A stretch of DNA of 64,000 bases from contig JAZRVP010000042.1 of the NCBI GenBank assembly GCA_045599245.1, positions 6,351-70,350 of the forward strand, given 5' to 3'. A model generated the notes under the pieces. The model ran no database searches and was not told the DNA's origin. It worked only from the letters and a program-made list of their open reading frames with translations. How positions within the stretch are numbered: the first letter of the stretch is position 1; every line of letters begins with the position of its first letter. This stretch comes from Myxococcota bacterium. GTDB lineage: Bacteria; Myxococcota_A; Bradymonadia; UBA4248. Positions 1 to 8,380 of this stretch are shown piece by piece. Position numbers and translations under genes: made by a program.

Positions 1-298
1 CCAGAAGTGATCGTCCCTGAATATATTCCTGAACTAGCCAGCATTCGGTAAATTGCCCTTCTTCTGCTATATAATCATAAAATCTTGGAACACCCGGATT
101 GCTAATCGATTTGAGAACATCCGCTTCGCGCTTGAACAGCTCATAATTCTTGAGATTATTGCTGAATTTCAATGCTTTGATGGCGACAATTTCACCTGTT
201 TTCAGATTTCGTCCTTTATAGGTTTTTCCGTTTGAACCTTCGCCTATCATAGAAATATAGCTGTAACCTTTTTTTAACAGCAGATCCGGCGTACTCAT
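1..298 (-). CDS. Ser/Thr protein kinase, N-terminal part (runs off the left edge; absent from the ORF track)
   Basis: Manual translation from ATG at 298: MSTPDLLLKKGYSYISMIGEGSNGKTYKG...VAIKALK...LFKREADVLKSISNPGVPRFYDY...LVQEYIQG. This shows the Gly-rich loop, the VAIK lysine and the helix-C Glu. Confidence 0.9.
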   Translation of the reverse strand, partial: MSTPDLLLKKGYSYISMIGEGSNGKTYKGRNLKTGEIVAIKALKFSNNLKNYELFKREADVLKSISNPGVPRFYDYIAEEGQFTECWLVQEYIQGRSLL

Positions 299-396
299 AC
301 GGTTGCCTGTTTCTTCTCGTTCTTTAAGTTCGGTTGCCTTGATTGAACTGTTTTGGGATAGCATTGTGGAAATTTCTGACGTCATAATTGTATCCT

Positions 397-1968
397 TTAA
401 TCATCATTTTCATTTTCATTGGTAAACAGTTCGAGTTCATCGTCGGTCGGACATGGATAGGGAAGGCTGGAAACGAATTCGTTTCCTTTGCGATTTTGTA
501 TATTATAAAGGATGGGGATGAGGTCGCCTTCTTTGAGATTTTTAGGTATGGTGTGGGTTTTAGTCGTATGAACAAGCGGATCTGGAGAACTGTCGTCCGG
601 TGGATTAAAGCTGTAGGTCAGACGCCAGGTCGGCACAAACGATATGTTTGTACTTTTTCTGGAATCGAGTGATGGATAAATTGGAATATATTCAACTCGA
701 ATGATTGTGGCCATCGATTTTCTGGCAGCTTTCATAAATTTCCTCAAATGAAGTATGGATTTGAACGACATAATATCCACTGATTTCCCAATAAATACCA
801 TTCCAATGATAAATGGTATGATTATTATTATCATGATGAGATTGTATGTGTTTTGGGCATATCCTTCTAAATATCCAGTCAAATTCATCGCACAGACAAT
901 GCCAACTAGTATCATTGCAGTGATGATGAGGCATAAGAAAGAAAAATAGGGATTTTTAATAAGCATAATGCATATTTTTTTATGAATATAGGATGGTATT
1001 TTGCGCGGCGTATTATTGCTTAGTGTATTCCAAAGGTCGATGTTGCCGGCCTGACGGTAGGATGTGACTTTATTTAGACTGTAGGTCGTGGCATTTTTCT
1101 TTATGAGTGTATTGGATTGCGGAATTCGTTCAAAATGCTGTGTTCTCAGGGCATCAAAAAATTGGCGTATCGTTTCGTAATTTGTCATTCGCTCGTCTTC
1201 GTGCGGTGCCAGCATCTGGTTGAGAAACAACGTGATCGAGTGAGGCAGGTGTTCAAGGTGCGGATCAATGAGGACGTGAAAATCTTCAATGGCAAGGTTT
1301 TCCGGCGCGACACCACTCATGAGATAGACTGCGATAATGGCCAGTGAATAGAGGTCGCTTGCGGCTGTGGCACTGCCCATGAGCTGTTCCGGTGACATAT
1401 ATCCATAGGTTCCCACGACAGTTGAACCTCCACCCTTGACCTGGGGATTGGATACAGCTCCGAAATCGATAATATGGACTTCGGGGGTCGGACTATTGTC
1501 GGTATATTTCAGGATAATATTGGACGGTTTAATATCTCTGTGTATGACTGGCGGATTGGCATGATGAAGCTTTTCCAGAATTCTCAATAGCTGATATAAA
1601 ATTTCACCGATTTGTTCGATTCGGAAACGATGTCCCTGGGCAATGAACTTTTGGAGTGGTTCACCATCGATATAATCCTGGATAATGATGGCCATTGGCG
1701 TCTCAATATTGAGAAGTTCCCGGGCTTCATGAAGTTTGGCAACACCGGGAACATCGAGACGTTGGAGTGTCTCGGCTTCGCGATGAAACAGATCGTAGAG
1801 CTTCCAGTCTTTAATGGACTGAATCATGAGCTGTTTGATGGCGACTTTTTCATGTGTTTTCAGGTTTTCTGCCAGATAAACGGTTCCCTGTGAACCTTCG
1901 CCCAGCTTTTGAAGAATTTGGTATTGGGATGAAAGCTGCTTTTTGAGACAAGATTCTGATTCAGTCAT
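397..1968 (-). CDS. Hanks-type Ser/Thr protein kinase with two C-terminal TM helices
   Basis: LGEGSQGTVY, VAIK, HRDIKPSN, DFG and GTYGYMSPEQ motifs; two hydrophobic segments near aa 340-395. Confidence 0.93.
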   Translation of the reverse strand: MTESESCLKKQLSSQYQILQKLGEGSQGTVYLAENLKTHEKVAIKQLMIQSIKDWKLYDLFHREAETLQRLDVPGVAKLHEARELLNIETPMAIIIQDYIDGEPLQKFIAQGHRFRIEQIGEILYQLLRILEKLHHANPPVIHRDIKPSNIILKYTDNSPTPEVHIIDFGAVSNPQVKGGGSTVVGTYGYMSPEQLMGSATAASDLYSLAIIAVYLMSGVAPENLAIEDFHVLIDPHLEHLPHSITLFLNQMLAPHEDERMTNYETIRQFFDALRTQHFERIPQSNTLIKKNATTYSLNKVTSYRQAGNIDLWNTLSNNTPRKIPSYIHKKICIMLIKNPYFSFLCLIITAMILVGIVCAMNLTGYLEGYAQNTYNLIMIIIIIPFIIGMVFIGKSVDIMSFKSILHLRKFMKAARKSMATIIRVEYIPIYPSLDSRKSTNISFVPTWRLTYSFNPPDDSSPDPLVHTTKTHTIPKNLKEGDLIPILYNIQNRKGNEFVSSLPYPCPTDDELELFTNENENDD

Positions 1969-2201
1969 TTATGATTCCGGTTATTTGGTAAATATAGGGA
2001 CTGGGAAGTATCGGTTCGTGAGCCGATACCCATGCTCCCAAAAACCATGGCGTCGTGATCTGTATTGAGTAATACGCTCACAAGCATTGTGTATTGGCTG
2101 ACGGACAATAGCATTGTTATCTTTTCATATAAAATACTATTTTTGTTTGCGTGTCAAAGGCTCTCGAGCCTTCGACTGAATAGTAGTTACTTTTCTGCCA
2201 G

Positions 2202-2391
2202 GGAACCTCTGAATAAAACGCAATTTTAAGGCAGAAATTGATGAAAGCCGGGGGAGGCCTCGGCTTGGAATAATGGTTAGGCAGCTCCAAAGGCTAATAC
2301 TAACCTAAAATATTGCGGATTCTTAAGGGCTCAGCCCTTAAGCGGGGTCCGGGGCAGAGCCCCGGAAAAAAAACAATTAATCAGACCTTTC
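2202..2391. mobile_element. MITE with IS5-like terminal inverted repeats
   Basis: Ends GGAACCTCTGAATAA ... TTAATCAGACCTTTC; internal GGGCTCAGCCC and GGGGCAGAGCCCC hairpins are shared with other copies; no transposase ORF. Confidence 0.65.
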
Positions 2392-2413
2392 CTAACAAAA
2401 ATCGACATGCGAC

Positions 2414-2442
2414 CTGTAACAAATGAATCTCGATGGCATCAT
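2414..2442 (+). promoter_or_regulatory. Putative sigma70-type promoter of the ncRNA element (CTGTAA-17 nt-CATCAT with extended TG)
   Basis: CTGTAACAAATGA.T.TCGATGGCATCAT has the same spacing in all three copies and lies just 5' of the first hairpin; the match to consensus is weak. Confidence 0.35.
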
Positions 2443-2823
2443 ATATATTGCAGAGCAATCGGGCTCTGTATTGCAGGAGGTATGTTGTCGATCAGAGTAC
2501 AGGTGATTTCAGGTGACCGAATTCCAAACCGTTTGATGTGATGGATTCATTCTCTCAAATGAATTCATAAAACAACACATGAGTACGGATGTAGGAACCG
2601 CCCACATAACGTAACGAAACCAACTTGAATGTCTTGACGAAGCACATTGAGTATGGCCCGTTTACGGCACCAAGCGCATTGAGAGTACGCGTTTCCGGTC
2701 AGGTGACTTTTTCATGAATGAGAATGCCGCCGCCGGAGGAGTGTATTTTGTGTGCAAAGTGCGCCGGAAAACGGGCTGGCGGCGGTGGCGGGAATGGAGG
2801 GCCCTGATGTTTACAATAAAGTG

Positions 2824-2836
2824 TAACCATTTGATT
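2824..2836 (-). promoter_or_regulatory. IHF-binding consensus site (WATCAANNNNTTR)
   Basis: Reverse complement is AATCAAATGGTTA; equivalent sites occur at 23162-23174 and 50043-50055. Confidence 0.55.
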
Positions 2837-2906
2837 TTGTTTAATAAAATAGAGTTTGTACAGCTAGAGCAAAAAACTAAACAGGCGGTGAAGCCAGACA
2901 CTCTAA

Positions 2907-3226
2907 GGAAGGTCTGAATAAAACAAAACTAAGTTAACAAATGAGGAAAGCTGGGGGGGCGAGAAGGAAGGTGTCCGGTGGACGGCTGGCATCGCAGAGC
3001 CCAGTGAGCAAATGAAATGTTACCCTAAATTCCTCCTCGCCATAATGGAGAGGGGGAACGTCACGTAGTGACAAATGGGGGAGGCTGGCTCGGGAAACGA
3101 AGTGCATTTCATATTGCGAACTGAAGACAGGGGCAGAGCCCCAGAAAAAACTAATCTGACTTTCCGTAAGCGGGGTTCGGGGCAGAGCCCCTGCTGAGAT
3201 GTAACCTAAGTAGTAACAGACCTGCC
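2907..3226. mobile_element. IS5-like MITE with CTAA target-site duplication
   Basis: CTAA|GGAAGGTCTG ... CAGACCTGCC|CTAA: TIR matches at 9/10 and a 4-bp YTAR duplication typical of the IS5 subgroup. Confidence 0.7.
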
Positions 3227-3303
3227 CTAATACCTTTAATTATATCTCGCCTTTGTGGTATGAACTGGCCAACTGCTGTCTATGCTTATTTTAAGGAGAA
3301 CCA

Positions 3304-6048
3304 ATGAAAAAGAAATTACTGTTCGGACTTTGTTTGGCTTCTGCCATGATGGCGTTTGCCTGTGATGAGACGACCGAGCCTCAGATAAATGAAGTGTGTC
3401 AGGATGAACAATACAAATGCCTGGATAATGTTTTGAAACACTGCATGAATGGCGTATGGCTGGATGATAAAATTTGCAATTCCAATCAAATGTGTTCTGA
3501 GAACGAAAAAACATGCGTCACCGACTTGCCTCTTGGACCGATCTGCAACAATGGCGAAATATTCTGTATCGATGAGGTGGCGTACAAATTCTGCGAAAAT
3601 GGCCAGTGGATGGACAAAATATGTGATATCGGCAAAAAATGCGACAAGTCGTCGAATCTGTGTGTCGGCATTTCCGATGTAAAGAACGATGAATGTACCC
3701 AGGACAGCTATTTTTGTTCAGCCGATGGGGCTTTAATGCATTGTGAGCAGGGCGTCTGGAAGACCAGTCAGATTTGTTCGGGGGATGAAGTCTGCGATGC
3801 TGAAAAGGGCGGATGTATTGTCCCGGAATGTTTGGAAAATGCGATGATTTGTATGGGAAACACCCTCATGCAGTGTCAGTCTGGGCAGAACGTCTCGATC
3901 AAAACCTGCGGCGAAAACGAACGTTGTAATGCATCGTTTGGAAAGTGTGATATGCCGCAGGTCGCTCCAGAAACAAACTGCACCTCAGGAACTCGCCGAT
4001 GTAATGCCGATTTGACTCAGGTCGAAAAATGTGTGGATGGCGACTGGACTGTCGATACGATTTGCCAGCAGGAAACGATTTGTGACAGGGAACTGAAGAT
4101 TTGTGTTCCGGAACCAAACGAATCCGGATCGGATTGCTCTGGTGTGGAAACGCGTTGCGATATCAATGGTTCGCGCCTTTTGATGTGTGAGAACGGTTAC
4201 TGGATCGAAAAAGAGAACTGCGATGCCGCTTCCGGACTTTCTTGTTATATGCGAGAGGACAGAGTTGCGTGTGAACAGATCGTTTGTTCAAATGGCTATT
4301 CTTGTGATGGAAATACGCTCCGGAAATGTGAGAATAATGCCTATACGGTTACAAAAGACTGCGGCAGTGAGGCCAAATGCAACGCAGATGCTGAAATGTG
4401 TGTTCCGAATGAATGCACGAATGGCGTGTATGTCTGTAGCGGTTCCACGCTTCGCAAATGTCTGGACGGGCATTGGACGGACAGTGCCATTTGTACGGCC
4501 AATGAAACCTGCAGTCAGGATGAAAAAAAATGTGTCGCAAATGAATGCACGAACGGCGTGTATGCCTGCAGCGGTTCCACGCTTCGCAAATGTGTGGACG
4601 GCCATTGGACGGACAATGCCATTTGTACGGCCAATGAAACCTGCAGTCAGGATGCCAAAAAGTGTATCGCCAATGAATGCAACGTGAATGAGGTGCGCTG
4701 TCAGGACGATGTCCTTCAGATTTGTGTTTCCGGCAAGTGGACGGCGAGTGTGAGCTGCGATTCCAGGATAGAAAAATGTGATGCGGAAACGAAATCGTGC
4801 AAGGCCATATCGGAATGTGCGAGCGGTTCGCGCAAATGCTCTGCGGACGAGACGACGCTTTACACATGTGAGGACGGCAAATGGAATGCGGGCACGGCAT
4901 GTGACAAATATATGAGATGTGATGCGGATGCGCGAGCCTGTGTGGATAAATATGTTTGCAATTACAATCTTTATTATTGCGAGGGGAGCGAACTCATCAA
5001 TTGCAACAACGTTTCCGGGGACGGGAAATTCCATGTGACGGCGACGTGTAAAGCCGATCAGATTTGCAATGCAAGCCTTCGCCGGTGTGTTGATGCCGGT
5101 GCGGGCGTGGTTTGTATTGGTGAGGAATACAGCTGTGACGACAAAACGCTGAGGGTCTGCAAACGTGACGGGTCGGGGTATGATACGGTCAGAACGTGCA
5201 GTGAAACGCAGACGTGTTATTCGGGCAGGACGAGCGGCTCATGTGTCGAGGCTCTCCCGGCTCCCGAATGGGCCAATATTCAGTGGGTTGAGGACAGGCT
5301 CGATCGCGGATACGGCCGTGTCAGGCTTCCCGCAGGTGTCAGCGACAGTCAGATATCGGCCGCCATTCGGTGCGGCAGCCTCTCTGAGCCTGTTAAAAAT
5401 TGGGTTTCGCAGGCAGCGGTCAAAAATGATCGTTGTCTCGACTGCGGGGAGAATGTCGTTGAATTCGTCAGTCCGGGGATTGATGTCAATCCCGGCACGC
5501 AGTCGTGTGTATTTACGTATGCATTTGGCGTCGACAATTATATCGGAACGAAAGAGGGCAAGGTCATTGCGATGAATGATTCAACCAAAGTGACTTTGAA
5601 CGATGTCATGACGCTCAAAATCAATCATCCCGATTATGTCGAGTGGCCGTCGTGGTGCAAGCAGACCTATCTCGCTGCGAAACTGGATGGCAGTGGTGCC
5701 TATTATCTTGAGGGCTATGGCCAGGTTTATCCGGGAGAGCTCAATGGTGGTCAGATCAAAGCTAAATTGTGGTGTTACAGCGGAACGACGCCGGGTAATG
5801 CGAATCAATATTTCGTCTATGGACACGAAAATGTTTTCTGCAGCAAAGAAACGTGCGGTGAAAACGTCGAGTATGCATTTAAAAAGACGCCTCTGGGCAA
5901 TGCGAATTCAACGCGTTGTATGATGTTGATAGAGATTGGTGAGAGCACCTATTATTGTCCGATGGATGATTCGCATTCAATGTATAAAAATTCTGCATCA
6001 TATCCGTCATTTGATCCGAATTTTGTATTGAATATTCGCATGGAATAG
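3304..6048 (+). CDS. Large Cys-rich repeat surface lipoprotein
   Basis: RBS AAGGAG; signal peptide with lipobox AFAC; many ~45-aa C-x-C-x-W-x-C modules. Confidence 0.85.
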   Translation: MKKKLLFGLCLASAMMAFACDETTEPQINEVCQDEQYKCLDNVLKHCMNGVWLDDKICNSNQMCSENEKTCVTDLPLGPICNNGEIFCIDEVAYKFCENGQWMDKICDIGKKCDKSSNLCVGISDVKNDECTQDSYFCSADGALMHCEQGVWKTSQICSGDEVCDAEKGGCIVPECLENAMICMGNTLMQCQSGQNVSIKTCGENERCNASFGKCDMPQVAPETNCTSGTRRCNADLTQVEKCVDGDWTVDTICQQETICDRELKICVPEPNESGSDCSGVETRCDINGSRLLMCENGYWIEKENCDAASGLSCYMREDRVACEQIVCSNGYSCDGNTLRKCENNAYTVTKDCGSEAKCNADAEMCVPNECTNGVYVCSGSTLRKCLDGHWTDSAICTANETCSQDEKKCVANECTNGVYACSGSTLRKCVDGHWTDNAICTANETCSQDAKKCIANECNVNEVRCQDDVLQICVSGKWTASVSCDSRIEKCDAETKSCKAISECASGSRKCSADETTLYTCEDGKWNAGTACDKYMRCDADARACVDKYVCNYNLYYCEGSELINCNNVSGDGKFHVTATCKADQICNASLRRCVDAGAGVVCIGEEYSCDDKTLRVCKRDGSGYDTVRTCSETQTCYSGRTSGSCVEALPAPEWANIQWVEDRLDRGYGRVRLPAGVSDSQISAAIRCGSLSEPVKNWVSQAAVKNDRCLDCGENVVEFVSPGIDVNPGTQSCVFTYAFGVDNYIGTKEGKVIAMNDSTKVTLNDVMTLKINHPDYVEWPSWCKQTYLAAKLDGSGAYYLEGYGQVYPGELNGGQIKAKLWCYSGTTPGNANQYFVYGHENVFCSKETCGENVEYAFKKTPLGNANSTRCMMLIEIGESTYYCPMDDSHSMYKNSASYPSFDPNFVLNIRME
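4408..4671 (+). repeat. Recent in-frame tandem duplication (2 x 132 bp) inside the Cys-rich gene
   Basis: NECTNGVY(V/A)CSGSTLRKC(L/V)DGHWTD(S/N)AICTANETCSQD occurs twice; units start at 4408 and 4540, and a third starts at 4672. Confidence 0.9.
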
Positions 6049-6053
6049 GGGCT

Positions 6054-6335
6054 GCGCCTATGGGCTTTGCCCATACGGCGCGCTTGACGCCGGCTATTGT
6101 CGATGCCAATACGCCGGCGTGTTTTTTATGGGCGGACGTATCGGCGAAGCCGATAGTCCGCGCGAGCCGTATTGCGCCGTAGGTGCAATAGGCGAAGAGA
6201 GCCGTTGTTCACAACGGCTCGAAAACAAAAAATCGAAACAAAAACGCCGCGTATCCCGAAGGGATAGCGGCGTGAAACCGAGCCGTATTGCGCGCAGCGC
6301 AATAGGCGAGGAGAGCCGTTGTTCACAACGGCTCA
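6054..6335. repeat. Cluster of bulged-hairpin (CTA...TACG) REP-like repeats between convergent genes
   Basis: Examples: GCC-TATGGGC-TTT-GCCCATA-C-GGC and ACGCCGC-G-TATCCC-GAA-GGGATA-GCGGCGT; GAGCCGTTGTTCACAACGGCTC is duplicated. Confidence 0.8.
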
Positions 6336-6345
6336 TGCAAAACAA

Positions 6346-7026
6346 TTATTCAGCGTCGGGAGCGGCGGCGTCGGCAGCAGGAGCGTCAGCAGCGGGAGCG
6401 TCAGCGGCGTCGGCAGCGGGAGCAGCGGCGTCGGCAGCAGGAGCGGCGGCTTCGTTCACGCCAGCGGCCTGCATCATGACTGCGAGGAAAGCAAGGCTGA
6501 AGCCCTGAACTTCGGGAGCTTCGCTGCATTTATCCATCGCTTTTTTGAGGTCGGAGTCATCGCCCATGGCTTTTTCAACTTTTTCCATTTCGGCTTTGAC
6601 TTTTTCGGCATCGGGGGAATTCTCATCAACATTGGCGAGAACTTTCATAGCTGCCGAGAAGCTGTCTTTATTTGAATCAAGATAAGCGGTCAGGTCTTTG
6701 CCCATTTTGGCACAGTCTTCACCGGCATCTGTCGCAGCTTTGGACAGACCCAGGAAGAATTCGCCGGCATCTTTGGCGGCTTTCACGACATCACCTGCAT
6801 CAGCGGCTTTGGCATCGTCAGCAGGAGCATCAGCGGCTTTGGCATCGTCAGCTTTGGCATCGTCGGCTTTAGCTTCGGCAGCAGGAGCATCAGCGGCTTT
6901 GGCATCATCAGCTTTGGCTTCGGCAGCTGGAGCATCTGTTTTGGCAGCTTCGTCTTTCTTGCAGCCTGTGAAGGCAAAGAGAACGGCTACGCAGCAAAGA
7001 ATCGAGAAGATAATTTTTTTACTCAT
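6346..7026 (-). CDS. Ala/Asp-rich lipoprotein
   Basis: Start reassigned to ATG 7026 (MSKKIIF...FAFTGC lipobox); DAPAA/KADDA low-complexity linkers around a small helical domain. Confidence 0.8.
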   Translation of the reverse strand: MSKKIIFSILCCVAVLFAFTGCKKDEAAKTDAPAAEAKADDAKAADAPAAEAKADDAKADDAKAADAPADDAKAADAGDVVKAAKDAGEFFLGLSKAATDAGEDCAKMGKDLTAYLDSNKDSFSAAMKVLANVDENSPDAEKVKAEMEKVEKAMGDDSDLKKAMDKCSEAPEVQGFSLAFLAVMMQAAGVNEAAAPAADAAAPAADAADAPAADAPAADAAAPDAE

Positions 7027-7371
7027 GAATGACTCCAATAAATAAACGGACTCAAATCCGGAAGCACTTCTTTTGGCGGCTTTATGCCTGCCGGATAAAA
7101 TTGAAGTGCCTGCATGAGCCACCAAGCCCATGCGTATGATTTGCCGTTTATACTCCAATCTTCCGCTTTTTCACAAGAGCTATTATCATACCATAACTTG
7201 CCTTTAACGTTTGAAATCTCACGGTTATTCATTCATTTTTACTTTTTTTTGTGCAAATCTGACTATTGTATTTGCTCCATGATGTGACTACGTTCTGTCA
7301 TCTGTTTCATCCTCTTTCATCGTTCTATGTCCTTTCATTTGGTTTTCGGTTGGATTAGAGGCTTTTTTCCT

Positions 7372-8340
7372 ATGAAGTTTTATTGCGCGCCCCTGGAAGG
7401 CATTACCGGTTTCGCCTTCCGAAACCTTCATCGTCAGCTCTTTCCCGGCATCGAATCCTATTTTGCCCCTTTTATTCTCACAAAACAGACGATGACTTTT
7501 TCCGGCCGCGAAATGCGCGACATCGATCCCGTGAATAATCTTTTGGCTTTGCCTGTGCCTCAGATTATGGCTAATCGATCGGACGAATTCTCCTGGGCGG
7601 CTGGGGAATTGAAAAAACGCGGCTATCACGTCGTCAATCTCAACCTCGGCTGTCCGATGCCGACCATTTTTAATCGAAAAAAAGGCTCGGCAATGCTCGC
7701 CGATATCGATGCCCTCGATCGATTTCTCGATGAGATTTTCAAGGCAGCGGCTTCATTTGACATCGAAATCTCCATTAAAACTCGACTCGGAATCGATCAC
7801 TTTGACGACGCTCCCCGCCTCATGGAAGTCTTTAATCAGTACCCCCTTCACGAACTCATCATCCATCCCAGATGCCGCGCGGATATGTACAAGGGACGCC
7901 CAAATCTCGATGCTTTTGAGAACTGCCTTCGAATCACGCGTCATCGCGTCTGCTACAATGGAGACATCTTTTGCACCGAAGATTATCGAAATTTTCTCGA
8001 CAGATTTAAAAACTTCACGCAAATTGATGCCGTCATGCTCGCCCGGGGCATTATCGCAAATCCGGCTCTCCAGCGTGAAATTTCATCCGGTATTGCCGTG
8101 ACAAAAGACGAACTTTTGACGTATGAAAATGGGCTTTATGAGGCTTATATGGCTCAAAATATCGGCCTCGGAAATGTCCTTCACCGCATGAAAGAACTTT
8201 GGTTTTATCTCGGCTGCTTGTTTCAAAACGATGAAAAACTCGTTCATAAAATTCGGATTTCAAAAACGATTGAAGAATGCCGAAAATGGGTCAAAATTCT
8301 GTTCGATGAGGCTGAAATATGCGGCCATTTTCATGGTTGA
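7372..8340 (+). CDS. tRNA-dihydrouridine synthase family protein
   Basis: APLEGIT, PQIMAN, NLNLGCP, SIKTRLG, IHPR, YNGDI and VMLARG motifs; start taken at ATG 7372. Confidence 0.9.
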   Translation: MKFYCAPLEGITGFAFRNLHRQLFPGIESYFAPFILTKQTMTFSGREMRDIDPVNNLLALPVPQIMANRSDEFSWAAGELKKRGYHVVNLNLGCPMPTIFNRKKGSAMLADIDALDRFLDEIFKAAASFDIEISIKTRLGIDHFDDAPRLMEVFNQYPLHELIIHPRCRADMYKGRPNLDAFENCLRITRHRVCYNGDIFCTEDYRNFLDRFKNFTQIDAVMLARGIIANPALQREISSGIAVTKDELLTYENGLYEAYMAQNIGLGNVLHRMKELWFYLGCLFQNDEKLVHKIRISKTIEECRKWVKILFDEAEICGHFHG

Positions 8341-8380
8341 GACAGATGGTTTTTGGAGGTTCTGTGTTTTAGGAGGATAT

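Larger units (their letters stand above)
2392..2899 (+). ncRNA. Multicopy structured non-coding element, copy 1 (putative large ncRNA, core ~2450-2805)
   Basis: Reverse-complement homolog at 23100-23619 and divergent homolog at 49604-50067; stems covary between copies; G-U pairs form on this strand. Confidence 0.7.

Noticed and set aside
2434-2451. Sigma54 promoter (TGGCA...TTGCA) at the element's 5' end
   Set aside because: GG-to-GC spacing is 13 nt, not the required 10.
2450-2805. The repeated element as a group II intron (GGCGAGAGTACGAA and CATAACGAAACGGAA loosely recall class C domain I motifs)
   Set aside because: No GUGYG 5' end, no recognisable catalytic domain V/VI hairpin and no RT ORF. 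A distant relationship cannot be excluded without a covariance-model search.
2662-2917. Short ORFs overlapping the ncRNA copies (also 23404-23619, 49746-50066, 49879-50091)
   Set aside because: Frames, starts and stops are not conserved between copies, and substitutions follow base pairing rather than codon position.
6054-6335. CRISPR array
   Set aside because: Palindromic units are irregular, lack identical repeats with unique spacers, and there are no cas genes.
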